64,000 nucleotides of DNA, from the NCBI GenBank assembly GCA_964106915.2, contig OZ066915.1; one strand, written 5' to 3'. The position numbers and the translations under genes were made by a program. The notes below the pieces were generated by a model. That model saw only the letters and a list, made by a program, of their open reading frames with translations, ran no database searches and was not told where the DNA came from. Of the stretch, positions 39,236 through 53,903 are shown one piece after another (position 1 is the stretch's first letter; each line of letters begins with the position of its first letter). This stretch comes from Podarcis gaigeae. Taxonomy: Eukaryota.

Positions 39236-41045
39236 GTGGTTTGTGTGCCAGCTAAGTGCTTGGACTGGCACTTGCCTCTCTCTCAATCTTTCTCTCTTCT
39301 CTGACCCAGTTTGTCCTCTTGAAATCTTTTTAAAGTCTGTTATAATATGCAGTCTTTCACTAGAATCAGACATCATGTTTTGAAAATTCCAGAATCATAG
39401 GAAAGTTGCTCAGGAAGGTCCAGTTCAGAGGAGCAAATAGTTGAGATGTGGGTCAGGCCAATATGGGTTGAGCTTCAGCTGAAGGGGAAGGAATCGTGTG
39501 ACACTTGGATCTCATGACAGCCCACATTTACAGCACCCTGTGCAACCTACTCTATGAAGTTTTGGTAGCATGACAAAAGGGAGATGAGTTGCAAATTGTA
39601 CTTGTGGTGAATCAGCTGCAAGATCTTTTTGCCATAAACTGAACTCAGCCTGTGCTTGCTCATATTGCTTTCTTGCCATGCTAATTTAATCATATGAATT
39701 CACCTTACCTTAAACAAAGGGGGAGGGAGGGGACTCCAAAGGTGAAGCAAAACCTCACCACCACCACCTAGATTGTAGGGACTCCACATGAGTTAAATGG
39801 AGAAGTATGAATTTTGATGCTCAGTGTTCATATGGCTGTTTTCAAAATATTTGTCCTAAAGATAAAATTGCAGTTATGCTCTGTATCATGAACACAGTGT
39901 CATTTGAGAGGTAAATCCATCATGGCACATTACATGTCATTTTCAGTCACAATCTACTGATTTCTTTCCATGGTCATAAGTCTACTACGTTATTGGTACA
40001 GATGTTCCTCCGTAGTGTGCATTTGGCTCTCAGCCTATGAACTGGGAGAATAGGAGTGATTTCTCCAAGAATACTAGCAATGCCCTCTTTCCTTGCATGA
40101 TTTTATATGTGGCAGCCTTAGGAGAAAATGCCTTAGGAGAATTCACCCCTGCCTCTTGCTGTGTCCTACAGGCTCCAAAGACTTTGCACAGCGTATTTGA
40201 ACCATTTGTATATCAATGGAGGCTGCTCCATTAAGGCAAATGGGATGCTGCACCACCAATGTGTATCTGCCCTCAGCCAGCCCCCATCTGCCTGCCTTCC
40301 TCCTTACAACCAGTCCAGAGAATGGCACTGGCTGTCAGCTTCTTCCTCTCAGTGTTGCCTTTGTAGTACTCACCAGGAAGGAGGTTGAGGGAAAAACCAG
40401 AATTAGTTTGTTCTGGGTCTAGTTGCATTTGGTTTCTCTGCTTTCTACCACACCAGTCCACGCCAGTCACCACTTGTATATGGGGTTCCACAGGATACAG
40501 CCGCAGTACAACAGCCTGCAGATCCAGAATCTAAAATGCTCATTGCCTCTGACTTGTATTCCTGGATTTGGGTAGGAAATATATTTATGAGAGCTAGAGA
40601 GGGGGAGGTCGAATCATGTTTAGCAGAAGAATACTTAATGACTAGAGGTTGCCAGCAGCATGAGGCCAGAATAAGTAGATTCTATGTTTGAAGACCATTG
40701 AGTCGTTTAATCTTTGGTCAGTTGTTCCACATCTGTCCCTCCCAGCTCCCCCAAATCTGGCATCGCATGTGACATGACCCCATTGCTTCAGACATGGTAT
40801 AAAAATGTATCTTTTTGCCCAGGCTTTCTCTGACCCATAAGATTGCCCCTTTTTTTTACTTGTATGAATTTTCTAAATTCCTGTTTCTCCTTGGTACTGT
40901 TTTACTTGTTTTATGTTGTATTTCTATTTTAATTATGTTGTTTACTGTTTTTTATGTTGTGCACTTCTTAGAGGCTTTTCAAATACTAAGAGGTTTATAA
41001 ATGTTTTAAATAAATCAATAAATTCATCTGCTTTGCCTAATCCAG

Positions 41046-41159
41046 TCTGTAGAGATGCGGGAGATGGCAAGGGAGGGCTACTCAGACAGTGACCAGTACC
41101 TGCCCATGGAAGGTCATGGACGTGCTGCCTCCATGCCACGACTGCCTGCTGAAAACCAG
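41046..41159 (+). CDS. CACNA1A: CACNA1A exon 43: [38 protein letters not shown]
   Basis: aatccag|TCT...CAG|gtgagg; 114 nt. Confidence 0.95.
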
Positions 41160-44100
41160 GTGAGGGTTTTTTTATCCAGCCCATTTTGAACTTGAGGGCT
41201 GTGATGACCTCCCCTTCCTTGCACTCTCTTTTGCTCATAGGGGTAGCAGTGATCCTCATTGTCACCCGCACATCGAGGAGGTAGCAATGTTGGGCTTAGT
41301 GCTACTCGGTACTGGTGCATTCTGAAAGAATCTTGAGTCTTCCTGTTACACATCTGTTTATTTAGGGTGTGTATATCACTCTAAGGAACAGCATGCTCTT
41401 TCCAGGAATCGTTTCAGCTTATTAACATGTGCTGAAGGCTTTGCTTTCACACAGGAAATGAAAGCCCTGGGCAAGATGAAGGTTCCACAAAGGGGCACCT
41501 GAACAAAGAATATTATGTATTCTGCAGGGGAGGTGCAGGTCAATGGCATGTGTGCATCTCCCCATTATGTGTAGTTTAGGTCTAAATGGCATATTGAATC
41601 CCCCCCTCAAGAAAGGGCTAGACTTTATAATACTACCTTTCCTGCATCCTCTTCATCCTGCAGATTCTCCCCACCCACTTCATGTTAAACCCTTTAAATT
41701 CACGGAAGATGCTCATGAGATGATACTTCCTAGCAATACATCACAGAATAATGTCTTACATACAAGACAGCAGGTGCCTGTCATCACAGTTTATTGGTCC
41801 AAATATTAGGGGAAAGCTATCAGGCTTTCTCATTAAAGTCAGCATTCTGCTGTAGAAGTCATCCCTTATATTTCCAATGCTACCACTGCCTTCTCCTGCA
41901 GTGATTCCAATGTAATGGGTCCACTCCAAGTCCCATTAGGCAGCGAATTCCCTCAATACTTTTACAACCTTCTGATCTTTAGCATCTAGTTAGTAGACTA
42001 CCAAGTAATCCAGACGGCTCAGTTAAACAGCTGGGTAGCAGCAAGACTGAAGTGGATATTTTCTTCCAGCCCAGTGGGAGTCAGAATCACATGATGAAAA
42101 TGAAGTCGGAGCAGATGTGTGTAGGCTGTTTGGCCTCCTCGCTGCCACCAGTCCAACTAAGATCATGGAGTTATACCCTGCGGGCATTGAGTGCCTGCTA
42201 CACATTTCTTTCAATTTGCATCAGTAGCAGGTGCACAGCAGGAGCAGGATTTGCTGCAATACACGTGTCAGCTCTCCATTAGCAGATCCAGCCCGCTGTG
42301 TCTACGGATGGAGATGTTAAAGAGGAGAATGAGACATTTCCCTTAAGAAGCATAAAAATATTGGCATGCAAATGTAGTAAAGCAACAAATCCTTCCTGAG
42401 AAGGGAAATTGCACCTCTTTGCCAAGGAAGGTGGGAAGGAGGGTCCTCTGAGTAAGTAACATATGCCACGAATCCCAGCCATGGGACAGAGCACTGTGGG
42501 AGTCATCCAGCCAAGGCAGAGGCTTGTAAAAACTGCAGGGGCCCCCTGACATTCCTCTGGGCAATGATTACCTTATACGGAGAGGGGAGTGTCAAGCCTT
42601 GACCGGATGAGGTAACAGGAGACTTTGGAAAAACGGCCATGCGGCTGGGAGAACAAAGGAGATAATAAAAAGTGCCGGAGGAGAAAGGCTGAAAGGAGCT
42701 GCACTCCAGGATTATGAACATATTCTCTGCCTCATTGTGTCTTTTTTCTATGCTATGCTAAGCACCACCTGACTGGCTGGCTCCAACAGAGCACCCTATC
42801 AGACAGGAATATGGAACTCTGGGCCTCTAGATGTTGTTAGACTTCAACTCCCATTAGCCCATTAGCCAGTGGCCAAGGATGATGGGAGTTGTAGTCCCAA
42901 GGCCTTCCTATTTCTGCTATGAGACCTGGGATCTGGGAATCAGGTTTCTGATCTTGTCTTTGCACTTCTGCTTTCCCACTGGGTTTTCACTGGGGCAATT
43001 ACCTGTTGTTGTCTTAAGTGGTCTTGTTTTGAAGGCATAATTTCTGCTTTGACCAGGCTGGAATTTTATTTTACTTCCTTGGCCCCTGGAGGGCTGTTTT
43101 GGTATGCTAGCCTTGTGCTCAGTCTTCACTTCTCTGATGGGGAGTGGAGGAAAAGGCTAAATTAAGCTGTGGCCTGTCACAGCACAGCTGCTGTCAAAGC
43201 AAAGCCCGCATCCTTCTGCAGCTACTGTCCAGCTAGTAATGTACGCTTCCTGATCTGGCATGAAGCATGCTTTATAGTAGCAAACTTTACAGGGTTGTGA
43301 GATGCTATTTCAGCAGCCAGTGTTGTGCAAGGCGGAAGGTGGGGATGGGATAATGGGCTGGGGGTGAGTGCTCTTTGCTAAGCATGTGCCCAGCAGCAGT
43401 CGCTCTTAGCATGCTCCGCTGTGTAGCAGCATTTACTGCCGTACCAGCAGGCTAAGCATATTTGTGTCTCTGTGTATATGTGTGCAAGTGAGAGCTTGGG
43501 CATATTATGAGGTGAAGACCATGGACAAAATAAATACATTATCTGCTACAATTAGTTTATAACTGTGCTTCCCAATTCTACCGAGTAGGGTCTAAATTAT
43601 AACTCATAAGCATCTTAGCAGACACAACTTGTTGAAAACGTCAGCTATGGCAACCTAGCTACAAAACACAGACCTTCCCTTTAAGTCAAAGGTACATAAA
43701 TCATGGTTGTCTTGCACCAAAGCTCAGCATCCTGGACAGCTCCCAGGGCAAGCTGTCCTTCAACCTAGTGGGCCCACTGGTCTTGGAAAGGTCCCAGCAG
43801 TAGGCTGCTTGGCATCATCCACACTGCATTTTCAACAAAGGTTTCTCCCTTTGATTCAACAATAGGTTTTATTACTCTTAAGACAGTTGTTTTCAAACCT
43901 GTTCTAGAGACTCAGGTTCCTCAATGGGTTCCTCAGTAGAAGAATAGTAATGACAGATAGACCTTAAAGAAGACTTGCCAGCCACTAGCAATCTTCCCTT
44001 GCAGTACAGAGCCTCAGGGAAATTCTAAGGAGCACATTTTCCTCATATGTGGGCTTTGTGAAGCAACCCAGCTGGTCTGACAAGTGCACTATGTGAACTA

Positions 44101-47100
44101 AATGTGCTCCCTAAAACTCTCAGCACAATTTTTTGCAATATACAGATGCTCCTTGTCAGAAAGGTCAGTGTGATCAGGGTTCTCTGAAGGTGAAGAGCTT
44201 GAAACAATGGCTTTAAGGCATAGGTTGCCAACCTCTGACACAAGCAGTAGGAGTTTGTAGTACATGTTGATGGGAAATGGAGGACCTCTGGACCTAACAA
44301 TGCATGGAATCGCTGTGCTCCTACCTGGCTCTCTCATGCTGTGCTATTGTCTACTCCAGTAGACAGAAGCAAAACAGATCCAAGACACTAGAACATTTTA
44401 TTATGTACTGCAGAGAGCAGCTGAGTAGCGCTGTATTATTCTTTAGATTTGATTTGTGGTTGTACACTTGCCAAAAAAAAAGTTGGCCACTGCTGCTTTA
44501 AAGCATTTTAGGCTTTTTATCACTGCTGGATGCTTGCCTGCTATGCCTGTCTGCTGGAGTTGGACTGATAAGACCTTCTGTGCAGTCTTGATCCAACATC
44601 AGCACAGCTCCTAGAAGACAATCCAGTATGTAATAGAAAGTGTTGCTTTCAGCACAGCTGTGATGATGAGTTACAGTGCAGAAAAGGGGCATCTGTTTGC
44701 AGGGAAGGAGGTGAATGGCGTTGGTTCTCCTTTACTTTTTTGCATGAGCTTTGCATCTGGTAATCAAACCTCAAAATGACAGAGGGAGTTATGGCGGGAT
44801 GAAGCTGCTAAATGCTGCACATCTACTGCCCAAAATAAGGACAGGCTAGAACTTCCTAAAACCAGAGTAGGGAACTTGTGGTCCTCCAGATGCTGTTGGA
44901 CTACAACTCCCATCATACCTAACAGTTGGTTATACTGGCTGGTATTGGTAGGAGTTGAAGTCCCCAAAACATCTGGAGGGCTGCAGGTTCTCTGTACCTG
45001 TCCTAGAGCCTTCCATCTCTGTACCTGGTTCCAGTTCTTCTGAGTCAGACTGTGTGTGGCCAATGGGAAGAGGTCAGAATGGAAGGCTCCCCACCCTGCC
45101 CTACTCCAATAAGCAATGCTGTCTCAGTTCACCAAGCCTATTGCAGCCGATCTGTATAAGTAGGAAACAAACCTCCCCCACTGCCATTTGTAGGCCTATG
45201 ACATATAGCCTTCTTTATCCCTACAGATTAGAAGAAGGCCATAACATTTTTAAACAAAGTAATGTAACACTTGGTGATAACTGCCACATTGCATGTAGTT
45301 TGCCTTCTCCAGTTTGGCAATTTCTGTCCCTGTCCTAGCACAGGCACTTACATACCTTTCTTGTCGCAGTGCTGTCATGCTGCTGCTGTTCCTATAAACA
45401 TTCTGCCAGCCCTTTTGTAGCACTGCCCTTTCCCTTGGTACTCTCACAAATGCACCTTCCTACTGCCACTTTCCATTACAAAACTTACTCTCAGCTTGTG
45501 TCCAGATGCCAGATTACTGTGCTGTGGTCTTACTCTGTTTCTGTAGCACTCAACCATGAGTACAGGAAACGTTTTATAGGAGAAGCCATGTAGCTTTTCC
45601 ACCAGGTCATCCTTTTCCTGCACTTCCCTCCATACTCCAGATGTGCATACTGCTGGGGTTGTGCTGGCCCTCCTCCTGTCACTTAGCTCTGGGTTTCGGG
45701 GAGAGGAGAAGGAGACTGGAGCACACTGCAGTCTTGGACTTGTCTTCCAATCTCCAAAGTTAGTTTTGTCTGGAAGCAGCCTGTTCAGTGTGACTCATCT
45801 CTCTCAGTAATACACTCTTATGGATGTCACACTGCAGAAAACATCCCCATGATAATCCTGTCCCTTGGCTGCCTAGGTGGACTCAGTGCTGAACTCTGCA
45901 AGAGAATTATTGTTGTTTGGGTCTTTTTGAGGAGGACCCGTAACAGTTCCCAATACCCAATCAGAAAACTCCTGGTGCTTCCTCAGAAATCTTGGCCTGT
46001 GGTGATGAGAAGTGGCAACAGCCTTTAGATCAGAGATATGTGTAGGTTGTGATTGCTGGGCAAGAATAGTAAGCTGGGGTGATTTGGTGGAAACTGATGC
46101 CTTTCTTATCAGTTAAGGAGGACTGATTTTGGAGAACCAAAGGTCTAAAATAAGGCATTCTGAAAAAGTCAGGTTAGTGGGAATGTTTTTAGAATCATAG
46201 CACTGCAAGGGATGCAGCTACATCACGTCTGCCAAAGGCCCAGCCAACCTTTGCTTAAATACCTCCAGTGAATCAGAGCCCATCACTTTCCAATGCACCC
46301 TGTTCCACTGTCAAACAGCTCTGTGACCACCTATGATAAATCCCTTCCCTAATTCTCTCCCACATCGACACCCACATATACAAGTATAGTTGCCTTTCTC
46401 TCCATCCAAGGTAAATGGTGATTCATAGCCTTTATACCACTTTGAAACAATGCAAGAATCAAGACGCTGAATGTTTCCATTTCAGCAGTCACATGTCTAA
46501 CCAGAAGCTACTCTGATCAAGAGAGAACACCCATGGCAGCAGCACCTACCAACATCATTTACCAAATAAAAAAGGCAGTACAGCCATTCATATTCTATTC
46601 ATTAGTCCCTTTCAGCATTACACTTTTCTCATTAGACTTCAGAGTTAGCATACAAAGAATCTCCCAAACTTTACTTCCATCCAAAGAAATGGCAAGAAAT
46701 TCATTTCTTGGAATTCCCAACATTGTAGGTATATCCAAGGTTACAGACCTCTATTTCTCCACTTACCAAATCCTGCTCAGGGCTTCCTCTGCAGTTTCCC
46801 CTTGCCTTACTCTGCCTCCTTTGGGCTGGGTTGGGCTGGCAAGGCCAAAGTCGCGAAGACGAGGGGGCCCAGCCAATCAGTGAGAGCAGCTCTGTGTGTA
46901 GGGGTGACTGTCCCCATTTGGGCCGTGCACAATGTTGCAGCTTTTAACAGTGGCTGAGGCTTGTTGCCGCATGTTTTGGGTTGGGGGGGTGTGGCCTTGC
47001 TGTTGTCTCTGCTGTGCTGCTCAACTCATCCCTACTGAGAACTGTCCGTCCCTTCGTGGCGTCTATCTTTGTTTATCTTGGTTGTCAAGAGCAACCAAAT

Positions 47101-47330
47101 ATCTGAGAATATGAGCTTCCAGCACTGGGCTGGGCTGGGCTGGCCTTGTGCATAAATGACCAACATTAACCTGACTGTTCTCTCCTTACACTCCTCCCTT
47201 CAATCCTTTACCACATTCTGGTTCCTCCACCCTCCCCTTTGGTCCTATATTTCCCTTTGCCTTTATATTTATTTCCTTCTCTCTCTCTCTTTCCCGTTTC
47301 TGTGTGCACCGTCTTGTATGGCTGCGACAG

Positions 47331-47366
47331 TGGAGGAAGGCGCGACCGCGAGGGAATAATCTCAGT
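47331..47366 (+). CDS. CACNA1A: CACNA1A alternative exon 44: WRKARPRGNNLS
   Basis: gctgcgacag|TGG...AGT|gtatgt; 36 nt; no AG from 47123 to 47328; resembles mammalian RRRGRPRGNNLS. Confidence 0.93.
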
Positions 47367-49824
47367 GTATGTACTGCAGCCTGGGCTCCTGGCTCTGTGC
47401 GCTCGCTGCCTCCAGTTCCCTTCCCCTGGGCTCCTCAGACTAGCAAGCTGCCAACTCCTATGTGTTTATCTTCATGCACACCTCTTTCTCTCTCTTACTC
47501 TATTCCCAGTTGCTTTTGCTGCATTCAAAGCTATGCAGGCAAAAAACCTTCTCTCCAGCCCATTCTGTCCTCATCTTGTCTTCATTAGGCTTTCTCTTCC
47601 TTTCATTCACTGTCCCTTTCTGCATACCTTCTTCCTGCTTTCACTCTCTCTGCTTCAAGCCATACACTTGATTTTCTGCTCCTGCCTCTGTTGTCTGCCA
47701 TGTTAGTTTTAATGGGTGCTAAAATAATTCTTTCAGCACTCTAGCCCAGCAACAGGCTGGTTTTCTGTCATCACACCAATTGAAGCTTTTCATGTGGCCA
47801 AAACATCCTTTGGGCCAGATGAAGTTTTTGTTTTGTCTATTTACTGGGCCTGCTGGGGGGAAAGTTATATGCGTGACCACAGCCCCACACTCATTCTAAC
47901 CATAGTTCTGCTCCTTCCTCATTTCTGTTGCCTTTTTTCTTGGGCTGTGAAAAACTTAGCTGGTAACCTACTGTACCTTCCAAGGGCATTTTAAAGATTT
48001 AATGGACCAAAACCCACTTTATTAGACATGGTAAGTGTTGCCTTCAATTGGTGTGTGTACATACACATCTGATGAAGTGGGCTCTAGTCCAAGGAAGTGT
48101 AAGTTCAGTGGGGCTTCTGAGTAGGCATGAATAGAATTGCACTATAAGTCTATAGCTCTCTAAGGTGCCACAAAATGCCTTGTTGCTTCTTCTGTCTGTC
48201 AGATGCCCAATTACTTATTTCCATTTTCCATCTGTTTTGTGGGGTGGATGGGAATTCTTTCTCAATCTGGACCAGCTATCCATTCTCACACTCACTCCAC
48301 CAAATCCTGGATTCTGTGTGTCCAACGTGTTCCTCTCTTTCTTCTCTAATATGATCTGCCCATTTGCAGTTGTTGAATCAATGTGCATTCAACCAGGCCT
48401 TCCGGAAACAACTGCTCAGCAGTGAGCCACCAGAGCAGGAATTGCCTTTTATTTCACTGCAAAAGCACTCATCTGCTCAGCTGAGAGTGTTAGGGCACAT
48501 GGGAATCTTTCCTTGCTTTCTAGCACATGCTTTTGGTATAGAATGGTGTTGCCTGAGCAAAGTGATGGTGTGACACTGAGCTTTCTGTGTCCATTTATCT
48601 GCTTCCCATGTGTGGACTGTGCAGCCGAAGCACAGCCTACCATTTCCTGAATTTGCTGAATTGACAGATATGGTGTGACCAAGTCTTGATTGTACTTGAA
48701 TGTGCATATCTGAGATCCACAATAATGTTGTGCAGAGAGCACCTAAGAGGGATAGTTTCTCCAACCACCTCTATTCATTTTTACTTGATACAAAAGGGGG
48801 CATCCTATCAAGAAAGCTTCCCATTTTAATTAGAAATGTCTGTGGTTTTCTTAGCAATCTCCCAGAGAAATTTCTGTGCCTCTTTCCTTCAATTCTGAAG
48901 CACATCTAGTTAGAGGAGGGGATCGCAAGATGGAAAAACGTACAGCCTGGATATGACTGGCTGTACTTCCTACAGCAGGATCCCTTAAGAGCAATGAATG
49001 GCTGTCTTTTTCAATTGACGGAGCCTCTTTAAGAAATGGTTGCTAGCTTATACGTGATGCTATTTTAAATTATCTCTGTCCATTACTGACCCTTTCCCAG
49101 ATGTCTACCACAGCATGTTCCCTTCAATCTCAGAATACCCACCCAAATAGATTCTGATGAAACTGTGAGGTAGGAGTCTTACATGTCTGAGGTGACTGGA
49201 TCAACTTAACTCCTTTTTGAGAGTTATTTGCAACTCTGTGGTAACTTGTTTGATTTTAATTGTGGTTCACCATGCACAAGCAGCCCCATGCTGAGGTTAC
49301 TCCAAGAATAATCTATTGGAGAGAGGTTTCTGGAAGGCCTGGTTGCATATGCATCTGCACCTATATATAGGTGGGAAAAGGGAAAGGACAACTGAAAGAG
49401 CATCAGTTACAAGTGAGTAATTTTTCTCTCTCTTGTCCTGTGAAACAGGAAGAGTCAGGTGGCTCCAGCAGGGAGGGGATTGTAAGCAAGAGTGTTATTT
49501 CTGGCTTTGTGTTAAATATGGGCAAGTTGACTACTAGGATTTCTGAGTTGCATACTGAGACGTGGGATTATTTGGTCAGAGCAGTATGACTGTGGGGTCG
49601 GGAGTCCTGGTTTCTTTCTTTAGCATTTCCTCTTTCTGAGTTAGTGTGATTTCAAGGGGAGGGAACAATGTCTTAGTATAATGGAGAAGTGTTAACCTAT
49701 CCAAGGCAGGGATAGTGTGTGGAACCTTGATCCCTGCTCTGCAATGGAATATACTCAAGTGGTAAGAAACATGTTTGTTTGCACATGGGATTATTAATTT
49801 GTCTTTCCCTAAATTTACCTAAAT

Positions 49825-49853
49825 TAAACTAAACTAAACTAAACTAAACTAAA
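49825..49853. repeat. (TAAAC)n microsatellite
   Basis: Direct read. Confidence 0.85.
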
Positions 49854-50957
49854 ACAATAATGAACTTTTGTTAGGTAGAATACAGTGCTGTGTGTGTGAC
49901 TGATCTTTTCCTGATACTCTAGAACTCCAATACTTTGGGGTATGCACAAAAAGGGTAGAAAATGTAATTTCGCTCCCAGAATGGATATAAGATAATGTTT
50001 TCTTTGCGGGCAACATTTACAGTTCACCTGATAAGACTCCAGCTAGGCAATTATGAAGGCAGCTTACTTTTCAAGTTGCGTAGTAGCTACCGGAAACTGT
50101 ATAGCCATTTCTGGACAGGTTTCATGGCTGTTTAAAAAATGGTTTTTTAAAAATATATGACTGCTAGTGCTTCAAATAAATATGATTGATACTACACACG
50201 GCCAGTTCTGGCAGTGCTTGCTGTAAGGCATTGTGAGGGAAATGTGACCCTCAGGAAGTTATTGGACAACAACTCCCATCATCTCTGACCATTGGCCATG
50301 CTGACTGGGGCTCATGGTAGCTGTAGTCCAACAACATCTAGAGGGCCACAGGTTCCTCACTGCTGCTGGAAAGGACATGACTGAATGTTTCTCACAGAAC
50401 CATTCCTACAGTTAATAATTCAAGTCATATTTCACAACCATTACTGAAGCTGTTCAGCCTGGAATGTGGTCCAGGGTGCATTAGATATGTTTTTGGAGAC
50501 AAGGTAGTCTTCAGCGCAGTTATGGAGTGTTCCTCATGAGAAAACCACCACAGATGATATCATTTGAAAGTGACTACTGTCCATACATATGTAATTGAAT
50601 TTATGACTTGTGTCCTATATTGTTTCTGAAAGGATGTGTTAAAACCACTAGCAGCATAATCTCCAAAAACATCCCTCATGCTTTTCTGCTAATTTGGTCC
50701 CTTTTCATTTTCTCGATCCAGATGTCTCCAATATCTCTTGACCAAAAGTTTGGATGATATATATCAACATCCAATCCAAATGAGCTATGATTAAATCTCT
50801 GTGTCACAAAACATAATGACAAAACATAATAAGTATGCATCCAAACTCAAATGTGATTGCTACTTCAGACCCAAATTATATATTCAGGATGACACATCTA
50901 TCAAATGAAATAATCTGTAACATACTATAAAGGACCATAGAACGGCCCTATAATGCA

Positions 50958-51413
50958 GGGAAGGGCCATAGCTCAGTAGCAGAGCATCTGCTTTGCATAT
51001 AGAAAGTCCTGTGTTCAATTCCTAGCATTTCCAGGTAGAGCTGGAAGAGAAGCTTGTCTGAAATCCTGAAGATCTGCTGCCAATCAATATAGGCAATACT
51101 TAAATATATATATATATATATATATATATAGGCAATACTTACGGTAGATTGCTGCTCTGACTCAGTACAGTGGTACCTTGAGTTACAGACACTTCAGGTT
51201 ACAGACACTTCAGGTTACAGACTCTGCTAACCTCGGCTTAAGAACTTTGCTTCAGGATGAGAACAGAAATCGCGCAGTGGCGGCAGCAGCAGGAGGCCCC
51301 ATTAGCGAAAGTGGTACCTCAGGTTAAGAACAGTTTCAGGTTAAGAACGGACCTCCAGAACGAATTAAGTTCTTAACCCGAGGTACCACTGTATAGGGCA
51401 GTCCTATATTCCT
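50958..51413 (+). mobile_element. tRNA-derived squamate SINE (Squam2-like, tentative) interrupted by (TA)n and a MITE
   Basis: A-box-like TAGCTCAGTAG, B-box-like GTTCAATTCC; tail ...ggcagtcctatattcct. Confidence 0.65.
51168..51391. mobile_element. Tc1/mariner-type MITE
   Basis: TIRs CAGTGGTACCTTGAGTTA / TAACCCGAGGTACCACTG, TA target duplication. Confidence 0.85.
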
Positions 51414-52663
51414 ACTGTCTGTTGCAGATTACTGCATGTGAATATCTTTTGGTCACATTTAAATTTACAAATCAGAACTCTGTGTACACAAGAATAATAA
51501 ATACAGTTACATGTGTGTATTTTCACCCATATTAAATCAAAGTTGACACAAATGTGTTTTATTTTACCTATACAAGCAATGTGTAATTTGTGACTTCTAG
51601 GTTTAATTTCAACCTAGTGGTGTTCTCATACAATAATAATGTAATTCAGAAGAAGTTGGATTAATTTTTAAAAGCTTTTTTATTCTGTAAGACTTTGTAG
51701 AGGGCCTTTTGTTATTCTTGTTGTTCTGGCTTGTTATTGTGTAATATTTTGAACCAGGGCTGTACAGATGTTGTTGGACTCAACTTCCATTAGCCCCAGC
51801 CAGCATGGCCATGGTCTTGGATGATGAGCAGTCCAACTACCTCTGGAGAACCAGTTTAGCCATCTCTACTTTAAACCAAGATCTTTCTGGCTGAGCAAAT
51901 CTGAAATACCAAACACAGATTCCTTGAAGTTGTTTTAATATATCATGGTGTCAGCCCAACCCAGTAGTTTTTGAAATTGATGTTGTGAGTAAGCACAAGG
52001 TAACATAGGGTAGGAGGTGGGAGTCACAGGGCATTTGGCAGCATTCAGATTTTTCTATGGCCTCCTTTCTACTAAATCACTGCCTTCCATTTTTTTTCCT
52101 TTTATTGATCACAAGATGGCCTCCAAGAGCCTTTGCAGATTTTCTGGTTTCTGAGAGTACTGTACCTTGAAATGTCTTTATTCCTAGAGATAGCTGCCTA
52201 TAAATGTAAATAATGAGCATGACCCCCAAAACCTAAGAAGGAAGAAGTAACAAGAGGTCTCAATTCAGGCTCTAAGACCCAGTCGTCTTGTGTCCTATTC
52301 AAGAAGAGGGGTGCCAGACAATGATTTGAGCAAAGCTGAGGAAACCATATAAGAATCTTGGGAGTTGTTACTGGCACCAATCTTAACATACAATGAGATG
52401 TATTGTAAATTGTTGTCCAGTACTATAATATCAGGTGTACCTTCACGTTCCGTAATAAAAGAACAATGAATGACATTTGACAAATTACTTAACGAGGGAG
52501 ATTTCCCCCCTAATGCTAATTACTGGGCAGTGGGGACAGGTGGCGGAGAAGACTTATGCCTCTTCTCCAAGCACACACGTTTCTGAGGACAATTCCACTC
52601 CCTACCCCCCACACCTGGCATTTACTTTAAAAAAAAAAAAACACACACATCTATGTCATATGT

Positions 52664-53115
52664 CAGAGGTTTTCAACCTTATTGAGTCCACAACTCCCTT
52701 GACCATCTACATTCTTTCTGCGGCACCCCTGTGGGGCTCAGGAGCCCAGTTATCTCACCCTTTTTCAAACACCCTCCCTTGTGGAGTGTTCCCTCAGCCA
52801 CCTCTCTCCCCTCTTCTTGGGAGTCCTCCGGGCAGCTGCTTCCGCCGCCCCTGGTCTCTGAGCTTCCCCCCTGCCCCAAAGAGAGGTACCTCCTCATACT
52901 GTCCCACAGGAGCCTGGGAAGTACCCCTTGGCCAGCCCCAGAGGCACCATTTGTCTGCAGAGCTTGTAGCCAGGGCTGCTGCAACAAACAGCTGTGCAAG
53001 CCTTTGAGAAGCAGAGTTGCAGGAGGGCATCAGAGGAGAGAAGGAAGGAAAGAGGCACGGAGACCACCATTCAAGGCACCCCAGGGTGCCATGGCACCCT
53101 GGTTGAAAACCACTG
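52664..53115. mobile_element. Non-autonomous hAT element
   Basis: TIRs CAGAGGTTTTCAACC / GGTTGAAAACCACTG; 8-bp TSD TCATATGT / TTATATGT. Confidence 0.8.
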
Positions 53116-53903
53116 TTATATGTATTCAGACAACACATTACATTAATCATGTGGATTGCCCTTAAATGCAGGATTTTTCTTTCTCAAATGGCCAGTGTGG
53201 GGAACCTAGCTTAGTTCAGTGTCCTGGTATAGAGGGCTTTGACCCCCCCTCCCCATTGCAGTCTGATTCAGGGGACCTGCAGCACCTGCTCATTGCATGC
53301 GTGGGAATGTTCCTATTAGTTGATCTGGATCAGGAACACATCAGTAAGCAAAGGGTTAAAACCATACCTACCACATGCCAGGATCCCAGTCCCAACTGAC
53401 AATCCTGTGCTAGCTATTTGTGAAAGAAAAATCTTATATGTAACAGTCACATGATTAATGAAATGTGGGGCTTGGCCCTTTTCTGTATCATCTGTGAGAG
53501 AAAGACAACATGGCAACTGCTCTCTATGCTAGCTAAACCCATGCATTCATTCTTCAGCAGATTGGGAAGGAAGATTTGGTGGTTTGCAAGCAAAATAAAA
53601 ACCTCACACTCCATAACTCTTTAGACAACCATTCCTAGCACTTGTGGCAAATGGGTATATCTTGAGAGAGAAGTTCATATATTCATCATTAACTTAATAA
53701 CTATGGGCACACAAAGATGGACTGGGTAGCAACTTGGACGGGAGGATGGATAGATGTGCCCATAGTTCTTTAGCTGAGCTATACATGACAGAGTAGTTGC
53801 CTAGAAAGAGGCATAGTATTCCATTGTCTATCAAATCCATGGGGGTTTGCCTTCTCATAAAGTGCCAGTTCAGTTATTGTTCTGGGTTTCTGTCCCTTTC
53901 CAG

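Noticed and set aside
46860-46885. CCAAT box (AGCCAATCAG) as an intragenic promoter
   Set aside because: Single motif without a CpG island or other promoter evidence; cannot be supported from sequence alone.
48069-48180. Second Penelope-type hammerhead remnant (CTGATGA-agtgggctctagtcca...)
   Set aside because: The GAAA core reads GGAAG and the element is decayed; not plausibly active.
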